Below, in pieces: positions 1 to 8,672 of a stretch of 64,000 nt of DNA (positions are counted from its first letter, which is position 1; each line of letters opens with the position of its first letter). Location: positions 348,025 to 412,024 of the forward strand of contig CAVYPW010000003.1 of assembly GCA_963770515.1 (NCBI GenBank). Reading direction: 5' to 3'. Under the pieces are notes generated by a model that saw nothing but the letters and a program-made list of their open reading frames with translations, was not told the DNA's origin and made no database searches. Source of the stretch: an uncultured Alphaproteobacteria bacterium. GTDB lineage: Bacteria > Pseudomonadota > Alphaproteobacteria > Rhizobiales > Xanthobacteraceae. Both the position numbers and the translations under genes were made by a program.

Positions 1-582
1 GAGCGGCTGAGCGCGTTCTCGGACGGTGTGTTCGCCGTTCTGATCACGGTGCTGGTACTGGAATTAAGGCCGCCCGAGCAGCCGACATTTGATGCGCTTT
101 CGGCGTTGTGGCCGACCGGGCTGAGCTATGCGGTGAGTTATCTGTTCATCGCGATCGTGTGGGCAAATCACCATTACCTCATGCGCTACGCAGCCGAGGC
201 GACGCCTCGGCTGCTGTGGTTCAATTTCGCGCATCTGTTTTCGATGTCGTTGCTTCCGCTCTCCACCGCCTGGATGGCCGTGAGCCGGCTATCGCCGCAA
301 CCGGTCGCCTTCTATGCGGCGACCTTCTTCCTGGTGAACCTGACCTACATCGCCCTGATCTGGGAGTTGATCGATCCGGCATCCACGTCCGCCACGAAGG
401 TGCGCGCGATCGTGCATGCGCGCTCGCTGGTCACGCTGTGCGTGTTCGCCGCCGCTGCGCTCGTCGCGCTGAAATACCCGGTCATCGGGCTCGCGATGTG
501 CATTGGCTGCCTCGTCTTCTATCTGAGGCCAGAACCGCCCTGGACGCAGGCCGCAGACGGCGCTGGCTCAGAAGATACGTAG
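1..582 (+). CDS. TMEM175 family (DUF1211) K+ channel-like membrane protein, 5' end outside the window
   Basis: The frame is open from base 1 and reads ERLSAFSDGVFAVLITVLVLEL, the TMEM175 RxxxFSD signature; W..HH motif and several TM helices follow. Confidence 0.9.
   Translation, partial: ERLSAFSDGVFAVLITVLVLELRPPEQPTFDALSALWPTGLSYAVSYLFIAIVWANHHYLMRYAAEATPRLLWFNFAHLFSMSLLPLSTAWMAVSRLSPQPVAFYAATFFLVNLTYIALIWELIDPASTSATKVRAIVHARSLVTLCVFAAAALVALKYPVIGLAMCIGCLVFYLRPEPPWTQAADGAGSEDT
469..582 (+). repeat. Direct repeat copy 1 (last 37 codons plus stop of the TMEM175 gene)
   Basis: Aligns without gaps to 1919..2032; 77/90 identical over the first 90 bp and 89/114 overall (hand count). Confidence 0.9.
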
Positions 583-617
583 CGCGTTCACGCGAGAGGG
601 CGAACGCAGCGTACGCG

Positions 618-1787
618 TCACTGGCTCGTCATTGCAGAGCCCCCATCCGGCGAAGCAACATCGCCCATATTCAGCTTACTGATGTCACCGCCGGCCCAAG
701 CAAGGGTTTTCGGGTCCATCACGCGGAACCACAGTGGCGGGATCGCCGCAAGCCCAAACATGCCGGTGTAACCGTTCGGCAGGCGCGGGATATCGTCAAA
801 ATCGCGCAACGACTGATAGGGGCGCATCGGGTTGGCGTGGTGGTCGGAATGACGTTGCAGGTGCAGGGTCATCAGGTTCGAGATGATATGGTTGGTGTTC
901 CAGGAGTGGCGCGGCTCGACCGGCTGGTAGCGGCCGTTCGGCAGCTTCTCGCGCAACAGCCCATAGTGCTCGACATAGTTGGCTTGAGTGAGCGCATACC
1001 AGCCGAGGAAATGATGGGCGACGATGATCGGTGCGATCTTCCAGCCGAACAGGGCAATCAGCCCGGCAGCGACCACGAACGTGAGCGCTAAGCCCTGCAG
1101 GATCTCGTTATTGACCGACCAAACGGGCTCGCCGCGCTTGGTCAGCCTTTCGGCCTCATTGCGCCAGCCACGCTTGAGCGCACCGGGTAATTCACGCGAT
1201 GCGAAAGCGTAGATCGATTCGCCAAAGCGGGCGCTCGCGGGGTCCTCGGGCGTCGCGACCCAGGTGTGATGACCGCGATTGTGCTCGATACGGAAGTGGG
1301 CGTAACCCACCGCATTGTTGGCGAGGATGCCGAAAAAGCTGTTGAGCCGATCGGGCTTATGGCCGAGTTCGTGCCCGACCAGCAGTGCGCCACCGTCTAT
1401 GGTGCCGACGCCGAGCAGCAACGCGATGTAGGACCACCACGGTAGATCCTGCGTGCCGCAGAAGGCAATCAAGGCAACGTAATTCACCCAAGGAAACACC
1501 ACGGTGATGCGCGCGAGCCGCAGATAGTAGGGATCGGCTTCCATGGCAGCGACCACTTCCGCTGGCGGATTGTGCGTGTCTTCGCCAATGATGGCATCGA
1601 GCAGCGGGATCAGGCCGAAAATGAAGAGGAATGGGATCAGCGTCACCGCCGGATTTTCCGTCCCGAGATAGAGCCAGTAGGACAGCAGAGGGACCAGCGG
1701 CGGAATGAACGAGAGCATCCACAAATAGCGTTTACCGTCCCGGTAGGTGATCGTTTCGCCAGCAGCCGTGGTGCCTGTGAAGATCAT
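618..1787 (-). CDS. alkB: Alkane 1-monooxygenase (integral-membrane di-iron hydroxylase)
   Basis: His boxes HELGH, EHNRGHH, NYVEHYG and LQRHSDHHA plus the PxLPxGY motif. Confidence 0.95.
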   Translation of the reverse strand: MIFTGTTAAGETITYRDGKRYLWMLSFIPPLVPLLSYWLYLGTENPAVTLIPFLFIFGLIPLLDAIIGEDTHNPPAEVVAAMEADPYYLRLARITVVFPWVNYVALIAFCGTQDLPWWSYIALLLGVGTIDGGALLVGHELGHKPDRLNSFFGILANNAVGYAHFRIEHNRGHHTWVATPEDPASARFGESIYAFASRELPGALKRGWRNEAERLTKRGEPVWSVNNEILQGLALTFVVAAGLIALFGWKIAPIIVAHHFLGWYALTQANYVEHYGLLREKLPNGRYQPVEPRHSWNTNHIISNLMTLHLQRHSDHHANPMRPYQSLRDFDDIPRLPNGYTGMFGLAAIPPLWFRVMDPKTLAWAGGDISKLNMGDVASPDGGSAMTSQ

Positions 1788-1918
1788 CGCGTTCCTCCAG
1801 CGTCTCCTTTCGAGGCGGCCTTTTTTTTAACTATAGCATGCCGTGAGCCTTTGGCACCGCCGGTTCACGGCCAAATTTGTCGCATTTGTCGGGATGTCGC
1901 GGCGGGCGCACAATCGCA

Positions 1919-2032
1919 CTGAGATGCCCGATCGCCGGGCTTACGATGTGCATTGGCTGCATCGTCTTCTATCTGAGACCCGAGCCGCCCTGGGCGCAGG
2001 CGGCAGACAGTATTGATGTGGAAGAGAGCTAG
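1919..2032 (+). pseudogene. Direct repeat copy 2: orphan 3' fragment of a TMEM175 gene
   Basis: Translates LRCPIAGLTMCIGCIVFYLRPEPPWAQAADSIDVEES* versus LKYPVIGLAMCIGCLVFYLRPEPPWTQAADGAGSEDT*; same length, same TAG stop, no upstream gene body. Confidence 0.85.
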
Positions 2033-2067
2033 CGCCTGCGCAATTCGCTCGCCTCCACCAACTTACG

Positions 2068-2169
2068 GTCATGCCCCGGCTAGACCGGGCATCCAGTACG
2101 CCGCGGATTTTCGTTTCTTGCCTTGAGGGTCGCTGGAGTACTGGATCAACCGCTTTGGCGGGTGATGAC
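2068..2169. repeat. REP-like palindromic element (GTCAT...ATGAC ends)
   Basis: Terminal GTCAT/ATGAC with internal ATCCAGTAC/GTACTGGAT inverted repeat; ends related to 11885..12012; lies just past the boxB stop. Confidence 0.7.
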
Positions 2170-2183
2170 CACCTACTCAGACC

Positions 2184-3635
2184 TCACGTCTCGATCTTCA
2201 CATACTCGAAATCGCCGGGCTTGTTGTCGATACCGATCTTCGGCGGCGAGATCCAGGAAGCGAATTCGCCCGCGTTCGTCACCGGCGTCATCAGCGAGGC
2301 GATGAAATCGCCGTCTTCGGTCGAGGGCAGCCACGCGCTCTTTTTTGCATTCCAGGTCGCATCCTCGATCAGCAGACCTTCGGGCGTAGCGTGGATGTTC
2401 TTGAATTCGCCGATCGCGCGGTGGAACGCGACGTTCGGCAGCGTCAGCTTGAAGTCGTAGCCGGCGGTCGAGATCACCTTGTTCCAGCGCAGCAGTCCCT
2501 TGACGCAATCCTGCGTGTAGTCGTCACGCAGCCGCATGTTGAGCGCGGTGAGCGCCGGCTCGTTGACGCGCGTGATCTTGCCGTCCACCAGCTTCAGCAC
2601 CGGATAGGTGTCGTCGCGCAGGCGGTGATCGTCCTTGATCTGGGTTTCGTGGTAACGGCCCTTGATGCCGGCATTGAAGGCATTCGCCGCATTGGTCGAA
2701 ACTTCCGATCCGAACAGATCCAGCGACAACGAGTAATGCAGGTGCAATTTCTTCTGGATGGTCGGCAGATCGATCACGCCGAGCGCGCGGACTTTTGCGA
2801 TCTCGGTGGGATCGGAGATGCCGGCCTCTCTCATCGCCTCGCAGGTGCGCTGCACGACGCGGGTGATGCCGGTTTCACCAACAAACATATGGTGCGCTTC
2901 TTCCGTCAGCATGAAGCGGCAGGTGCGCGACAATGGGTCGAAGCCGGATTGCGCCAGCGAGTGCAATTGCATCTTGCCGTCGCGATCGGTGAAATAGGTG
3001 AACATGAAGAACGACAGCCAGTCCGGGGTCGCTTCGTTGAAGGCGCCGAGCATGCGCGGTGAATCCGCATCGCCCGAGCGGCGGCGCAGCAACTCGTCGG
3101 CTTCCTCGCGGCCGTCGCGGCCGAAATATTTCTGCAACAGGTAGACCATCGCCCAGAGATGGCGGCCTTCCTCGACATTGACCTGGAACAGGTTGCGCAA
3201 GTCGTAGAGCGAGGGCGCGGTCTTGCCGAGGTGGCGCTGCTGTTCGACGGAAGCGGGCTCGGTGTCGCCCTGGATCACGATCAGCCGCCGCAACATCGCG
3301 CGGTATTCGCCCGGCACTTCCTGCCAGGCCGGCTCGCCATAATGCTCGCCGAACGGAATGACGCGATTTTCTTCTTGCGGAGCAAGAAGGATGCCCCAGC
3401 GATAGTCCGGCATCTTGACATAATCGAACTTGGCCCAGCCGCGCGGATCGACGGAGTAAGCCGTGCGCAGATAAACCAGCGACTGCTGGAAGCCTTCCGG
3501 TCCCATGTCGCCCCACCAGTCCATGTAGCCGGGGTGCCAGCCTTCCAGCGCCTTGAGCACCTGGCGATCTTCGCTCAGATTCACGTTGTTGGGAATCTTG
3601 GTCGAATAGTCGACGTTCATGATGTTGACGTTCAT
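2184..3635 (-). CDS. boxB: Benzoyl-CoA 2,3-epoxidase subunit BoxB (di-iron)
   Basis: IPNNVNL N-terminus, QGDTEPASVEQQ, EEGRHLW and EEAHH di-iron ligands. Start placed at ATG 3635 after an AGGAG RBS. Confidence 0.93.
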   Translation of the reverse strand: MNVNIMNVDYSTKIPNNVNLSEDRQVLKALEGWHPGYMDWWGDMGPEGFQQSLVYLRTAYSVDPRGWAKFDYVKMPDYRWGILLAPQEENRVIPFGEHYGEPAWQEVPGEYRAMLRRLIVIQGDTEPASVEQQRHLGKTAPSLYDLRNLFQVNVEEGRHLWAMVYLLQKYFGRDGREEADELLRRRSGDADSPRMLGAFNEATPDWLSFFMFTYFTDRDGKMQLHSLAQSGFDPLSRTCRFMLTEEAHHMFVGETGITRVVQRTCEAMREAGISDPTEIAKVRALGVIDLPTIQKKLHLHYSLSLDLFGSEVSTNAANAFNAGIKGRYHETQIKDDHRLRDDTYPVLKLVDGKITRVNEPALTALNMRLRDDYTQDCVKGLLRWNKVISTAGYDFKLTLPNVAFHRAIGEFKNIHATPEGLLIEDATWNAKKSAWLPSTEDGDFIASLMTPVTNAGEFASWISPPKIGIDNKPGDFEYVKIET

Positions 3636-3782
3636 GGCGTACTCCTTCGGCTTGTGCTCGTTTCCCGGACGCGGTGCGGCGCGAAGCGATGCACCGCAGA
3701 GCCGGGACCAAATCAGACGGTCCATGCGGGTCCCGGTTCAGCAGCGCGTCACAAACGTGCCGCGCAGCGCCCGGGACACAAA

Positions 3783-5471
3783 TTAAACCCTCGTCGTATC
3801 GAACTGCGCCTTTTGGCCGGTGCCGTAGCGGCGCAGCGCGCCCTCCTCGCCGACCGCATTGGGGCGCTGGAAGATCCAGTTCTGCCAGGCGGTGAGGCGG
3901 GAGAAAATCTTGGATTCCATGGTCTCGGGTCCGACGAAGCGCAGGTTTGCTTCCATGCCGGTGAGACCATCGGGCGAGAAGCTGGCGCGTTCCTCGAAGA
4001 ACACCCGCACCTCGTCGTCCCAGTCGATGTCGTCGAGCGCAAAGGTCACGAGCCCCAGCGCCTCGGCTTCCTCGGCATCGAGCGCCGCGCCGATGCGTTC
4101 GCGTGCGTGTTCGATATCGGAAGGTTGCGCCTGGAAGCGCAATTCAAGCCGCGTCAATCCGTGGCTCATCGGATAGGCGCCGAAATTCAGCGCCGAAAGC
4201 TCGATCGAAGGCGCGGCGCGGTTGTCGCCCTGGCGCGTGCCGATCAACATGTAGGAGCGGTCGGCGGCCAGCACGAGTTCGGCGAGCGTGCCGGCAAAGC
4301 ATGAGCCGGGCTCGACGAGGGCCACCAGCGTGCGCGAGGTGACGTCGATGCGCTTGAGCACCCGCTTCCAGTATTGCCTGATCTCGTTGACCAGCCAGTG
4401 CGCCTTGTTGGCTTCCAGAAAGCCGTCATAGGCGAGCACGTTGGCGGCTTCGCCATGCGACTTGAACACCAGCATGGCGATCTGAAGTTCGTTGATGCGC
4501 AGGTGAAGGATGGCATCGTCCAACTCGCGCGCGACCTGGAGTGGCCAGAAGTTCGCGCCCAGCGCGATCATGCCGTCGATGTCCGCGGGCGGCGGCGCCT
4601 CCGGCGCTGCAATTGAAATGGCGGCGATGCGCGCGGTGCGGTCGATGTCGACGCTGACGTAGGGATAGCGAATGGTGGTGTCGTCAATCGTGCGCGACAG
4701 TGGCGTCAGCGAAATGCCCTTGCCGTTGCCGTTACGCTTTGAAGCCGCGGCAAACTCTTTGGCGCGCTCGGCGACTTTGGCTTCGAGTTTGCTGTTCGGC
4801 ACGATCTCGTCGACCAGGCGCCACTGAACCGCGCGCTTGCCCTTGATGCCTTCCTCGATGGTGCAGAAATAATCGGCGTGGTCGCGACGCACCTTGCGCT
4901 TGTCGACGACGCGCGTCAGGCCGCCGGTGCCCGGCAGGACCGCAAGCAGCGGCACTTCGGGCAACGAAACTGCCGCAGAGCCATCATCGGCGAGGATGAT
5001 GTGATCGGTCGCGAGCGCCAATTCATAGCCGCCGCCGGCCGCGGTGCCGTTGACGACGGTGATGAAGCGCTGCCCGGAATTTTCCGAGGAGTCCTCAAAG
5101 CCGTTGCGCGTCTCGTTGGTGAACTTGCAGAAGTTGACCTTGTGGGCGTGGGTTGAGCCGGCCAGCATCCTGATATTGGCGCCGGCGCAAAACACCCGAT
5201 TCTTGCCCGAGCGCAGAATCACGACCTTCACATTGGGATGTTCGAAGCGCAGCCGCTGCACGGCGTCGGCGAGTTCGATATCGACGCCGAGATCGTAGGA
5301 ATTCAGCTTGAGCTGATAGCCTTCAAACAACCCGCCATTCTCATCGACATCCATGGTCAGCGTCGCGACCTCGCCGTCGACATCGAGCTTCCAATGGCGG
5401 TAGCGCGACGGATCAGTCTGGAAATCGATAAAACTCGCGCCCCTTGCGAGAATCCGCTCGTCACCGGCCAT
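3783..5471 (-). CDS. boxC: 2,3-epoxybenzoyl-CoA dihydrolase BoxC (double crotonase fold)
   Basis: YxHWKL, KLNSYDLGVDIELADA, GGGYELALA and C-terminal WQNWIFQRPNA; directly upstream of boxB. Confidence 0.93.
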   Translation of the reverse strand: MAGDERILARGASFIDFQTDPSRYRHWKLDVDGEVATLTMDVDENGGLFEGYQLKLNSYDLGVDIELADAVQRLRFEHPNVKVVILRSGKNRVFCAGANIRMLAGSTHAHKVNFCKFTNETRNGFEDSSENSGQRFITVVNGTAAGGGYELALATDHIILADDGSAAVSLPEVPLLAVLPGTGGLTRVVDKRKVRRDHADYFCTIEEGIKGKRAVQWRLVDEIVPNSKLEAKVAERAKEFAAASKRNGNGKGISLTPLSRTIDDTTIRYPYVSVDIDRTARIAAISIAAPEAPPPADIDGMIALGANFWPLQVARELDDAILHLRINELQIAMLVFKSHGEAANVLAYDGFLEANKAHWLVNEIRQYWKRVLKRIDVTSRTLVALVEPGSCFAGTLAELVLAADRSYMLIGTRQGDNRAAPSIELSALNFGAYPMSHGLTRLELRFQAQPSDIEHARERIGAALDAEEAEALGLVTFALDDIDWDDEVRVFFEERASFSPDGLTGMEANLRFVGPETMESKIFSRLTAWQNWIFQRPNAVGEEGALRRYGTGQKAQFDTTRV

Positions 5472-5509
5472 GGGCCATCCCTGAGTGCTGTTCTTCGTTA
5501 CCGGATATA

Positions 5510-5523
5510 TGCACAATAATGCA
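5510..5523. promoter_or_regulatory. Putative BoxR/BzdR-type operator TGCA-N6-TGCA upstream of boxC
   Basis: TGCA CAATAA TGCA lies about 40 bp upstream of the boxC ATG; another TGCA at 5563..5566. TGCA repeats are the recalled BzdR/BoxR operator unit. Confidence 0.6.
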
Positions 5524-5573
5524 TGTCGAGGGTCAAGTCTAGAGGCCAGAGATCACAAAATCTGCATTTTCCT

Positions 5574-6098
5574 TCATATTTTGCCGATCGATCCGATCGC
5601 AATCCAGTCAGTCTTCGACAAAGTAGCCTGGGCCAAACGGCCTTCCAGCAATGTTGCGAGGTGAGCTGTTGGAAAGCGCTCAGCGAAACCGTCCCCGCGA
5701 GCGGCCGACCGGCGTGACAGCAAATCCCTGATCGCCGCCAACGCCTCGCCCCACAGCCGCAAGGTCGGATGCGGCTTTCGCATCCGCAGTTTCAGATTGG
5801 CGCTGGCGATCTGGATGCAGGCGCGCAACAGGATGCGCTCGCGCCCGCCTTGCGGTGAAGCCGCCCAGACCGCTTCCAGCACTTCCTGCGCCTCCCAGAA
5901 GTAGCCGGCGTCGTTCAGTGCGATGCCGTAGCGAAGCGCGGGATGGCGCGCCGGCACGAAGCCAAAGAATTGCGAGGGCACCAGCGCCTTGGCCTGCCAC
6001 AACGCCCGGTGATCGGGTTCGGTATCTGCGGTTTCGCCGGGCACATAAGCCCAGCGCGGCAGCGGCAAATCAGCCGCGGTTGACGACGTCATACTCAT
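5574..6098 (-). CDS. DUF309 domain protein
   Basis: LNDAGYFWEAQEVLEAVW and IQIA motifs resemble DUF309. The start codon is uncertain (6110, 6098 or 6092). Confidence 0.8.
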   Translation of the reverse strand: MSMTSSTAADLPLPRWAYVPGETADTEPDHRALWQAKALVPSQFFGFVPARHPALRYGIALNDAGYFWEAQEVLEAVWAASPQGGRERILLRACIQIASANLKLRMRKPHPTLRLWGEALAAIRDLLSRRSAARGDGFAERFPTAHLATLLEGRLAQATLSKTDWIAIGSIGKI

Positions 6099-6113
6099 TG
6101 AACAACACACTTT

Positions 6114-6152
6114 TAAATTTACGCTTCTAAATTTGTGCGGTTAAATTTACGC
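6114..6152. repeat. Three AT-rich tandem repeats TAAATTT(AC/GT)GC with an exact 14-bp period
   Basis: taaatttacgc at 6114, taaatttgtgc at 6128, taaatttacgc at 6142. Confidence 0.8.
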
Positions 6153-6157
6153 GGGCA

Positions 6158-6181
6158 GTGGTTCTACTGATTCAGAACCAC
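6158..6181 (-). terminator. Hairpin downstream of the alpha/beta hydrolase gene (possible terminator)
   Basis: GTGGTTCT-N8-AGAACCAC perfect 8-bp stem just after the stop at 6189; no clear U-tract. Confidence 0.45.
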
Positions 6182-6188
6182 GGGGCCG

Positions 6189-6986
6189 CTACCCTTCATG
6201 CATAATCAAAATACGTTTGGCGAACTCCGAAATCGTTACGAGCGTCAGTTCAGGCACCTCGCGATGCGGTGAATGTCCCGCACCCGCTATCACCGTCACA
6301 TCGACGGGGCAATAACACTCCTCCTTCGCGATCTCGATCTGACGCATTGTCCCATATTGATCGTCCGCACCTTGCAGAATTGCGACAGGAACGCGAATGT
6401 AGGCGAGATATTCGCTGATGTCCCATCGACGAAAGTCGGGATCAAGCCAGGCGTCATTCCAGCCGTAGAAGGCGTTATCGACGTTGCGGTGCCAGCGCGC
6501 CAGCTTGGCCCGCAGGCCCGTCGTTTCATAGGTTTTTCTGATCCCGGCGATGGAGGCAACGGACACCTTCTCGACGATAAAATGCGGCGCGATCAGCACC
6601 ACGCCGCGCACGCGGTGATCGCTTGAGCCGCCGGCATAGATCGCCGCGATCGAAGCGCCGTCGGAGTGGCCGAGCAACACGCCGCGCTGAAAGTCGATGG
6701 CGTCGAGCAATGCCGGCAGCACGTCGAGCGCCTCGCGGCTCATATAATCGAGCGGTCGCGGCAGCGTGACCGGCGTCGAGGCGCCATAGCCGGCGCGCGA
6801 ATAGACGAAGACGCCCATGCCGGTGGCCGCTTGCAGCGATTGCGGAAAATCTCCCCACAGCGCGGCCGAGCCGAGCCCTTCATGCAGCATCACGATGGTC
6901 GGTGCAGCCGACGGCGCAGGGCCGATCATGCGGTATTCGAGATCGCTGCCGCCGATGTGGAGAAAGCCCTCAGGCGCCAATGTCAC
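6189..6986 (-). CDS. Alpha/beta hydrolase
   Basis: LHEGLGS oxyanion motif, GHSDG nucleophile elbow, DQYG acid and GHSPH His; the GTG start overlaps the ligase stop (GTGA). Confidence 0.88.
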   Translation of the reverse strand: MTLAPEGFLHIGGSDLEYRMIGPAPSAAPTIVMLHEGLGSAALWGDFPQSLQAATGMGVFVYSRAGYGASTPVTLPRPLDYMSREALDVLPALLDAIDFQRGVLLGHSDGASIAAIYAGGSSDHRVRGVVLIAPHFIVEKVSVASIAGIRKTYETTGLRAKLARWHRNVDNAFYGWNDAWLDPDFRRWDISEYLAYIRVPVAILQGADDQYGTMRQIEIAKEECYCPVDVTVIAGAGHSPHREVPELTLVTISEFAKRILIMHEG

Positions 6987-8530
6987 GTCGCATCGTCCCG
7001 CAGCTTGAACCGCTGGATCTTGCCGGTCGCGGTTTTCGGCAAGGCCTCGACGGTCTCGATCCAACGCGGATATTTCCAGACGCCGATCTTCTGCTTGACG
7101 TGCTCCTTCAACGCCTCGTCGAGGCCGTCTGTCTTGGCGCCGGCGCGCAGCACCACGAACGCCTTGGGCTTGAGCAAGCCTTCGCTATCTGCCTCGGGCA
7201 CCACCGCAGCCTCGAGCACTGCGGGATGAGTGATCAGCGCGCTCTCGACCTCGAACGGCGACACCCAGATGCCGGACACCTTGAACATGTCGTCGCTGCG
7301 GCCGCAGAACGTATAGCGCCCGTCGGCGTCGCGAATGTATTTGTCGCCGGTACGCGTCCAATGCCCCTCGAACGTACGCCGGCTTTTGCTGCGCTGATTC
7401 CAGTAGCCTTCGCCCGCCGACGGCGCATCCACCAGGAGTTCGCCGACTTCGCCATCGGACACGTCGCCGCCTGCCTCATTGACAAGCCGCACCTTGTAGC
7501 CGGGCACCGGGCGGCCGGACGAGCCGTATCGGATATCGCCGGGCGCGTTCGACAGGAAGATATGCAGCAACTCGGTCGAACCGACGCCGTCGAGAATGTC
7601 GACGCCAAAGCGCGCCTTCCAGGCATTGCCCACCGACTCCGGCAAGGCTTCGCCCGCCGACGTGCAGACCCGCAAGCGCTCCCCGCCGCCGTGTGTTTTA
7701 AGAGATTCATCGTTCAGCATCGCGGCGAACAGCGTCGGAACGCCGTAAAAGATGCTGGGATGATATTTATTCATCAGCGCAAATATCGCCGCCGGCGTCG
7801 GCCGTTCGGGATTGAGCACGGTGGTGGCGCCGACCGACATCGGGAAGGTCAGCGCGTTGCCGAGGCCATAGGCGAAAAACAATTTCGCCGCCGATAGACA
7901 CACATCGTCCTCGCGGATGCCGAGCACCTGCCTGGCATAGGTCTCTGCGGTCGCGGCGAGATTGGCGTGCAGGTGCCGCACCCCCTTGGGCATGCCGGTT
8001 GAGCCCGACGAATAAAGCCAGAAGGCGGGCTCGTCGGGATGCGTCGCCGCGATCGTGAACGTATCGCTTTCGCCTTTGAGCTCTTCGGATAGCAACTTGT
8101 GCCCGAATGAATTCTTGCCGGAGACCACGACGCAATCGAGATCGCCCATCCGCCCCACAACGTCTTTCACGACCGGATACAGCGCTTCGGAAATGAACAG
8201 CACCCGCGCGCGGCAATCGGCGAGCACATAGGCATATTGATCCGCAGTCAAAAGCGTATTGAGCGGCACCGGCACGATGCCGGCGCGCATCGCGCCGAGA
8301 AACACCGCCGGGAAATCCACCGTGTCGAGCATGATCATCGCCACCCGCTCTTCGCGGCGGACGCCGAGCCGGCGCAGGAAGTTGGCGACGCGGCAACTCT
8401 GCCGTTGCAAATCGCGATAGCTCAGTTCGGAAACAGTGTCGGTATAGGCCAGCTTGTCGGCCCGGCCCTCGACGATATTGCGGTCGAGCAGATAGGTCAC
8501 CGCATTGTACGCGCCTGATATCTCGCTCAT
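6983..8530 (-). CDS. Benzoate-CoA ligase family protein
   Basis: YSSGSTGMPKGV AMP-binding loop, AAKLFFAYGLGN, GVGSTE, TGDKY and KIQRFKLR; sits in a box cluster. Confidence 0.92.
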   Translation of the reverse strand: MSEISGAYNAVTYLLDRNIVEGRADKLAYTDTVSELSYRDLQRQSCRVANFLRRLGVRREERVAMIMLDTVDFPAVFLGAMRAGIVPVPLNTLLTADQYAYVLADCRARVLFISEALYPVVKDVVGRMGDLDCVVVSGKNSFGHKLLSEELKGESDTFTIAATHPDEPAFWLYSSGSTGMPKGVRHLHANLAATAETYARQVLGIREDDVCLSAAKLFFAYGLGNALTFPMSVGATTVLNPERPTPAAIFALMNKYHPSIFYGVPTLFAAMLNDESLKTHGGGERLRVCTSAGEALPESVGNAWKARFGVDILDGVGSTELLHIFLSNAPGDIRYGSSGRPVPGYKVRLVNEAGGDVSDGEVGELLVDAPSAGEGYWNQRSKSRRTFEGHWTRTGDKYIRDADGRYTFCGRSDDMFKVSGIWVSPFEVESALITHPAVLEAAVVPEADSEGLLKPKAFVVLRAGAKTDGLDEALKEHVKQKIGVWKYPRWIETVEALPKTATGKIQRFKLRDDAT

Positions 8531-8672
8531 GCTGTTTCCCTTGAAGTCCCCTCACCTCAGGCAACGAAGCGCACCATCGCCTGCCCGTGTTGTTTTTAAG
8601 CATTATAATTCATAGAAAGGCACCGCTTACGCTTGCTGTCAATCCTCTTCGGCATTATCCTTCCGGTATACG

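Noticed and set aside
1875-1900. Short (T)TTGTCG repeats upstream of alkB
   Set aside because: Only three imperfect 5-8 bp units at uneven spacing; too weak to call as an operator.
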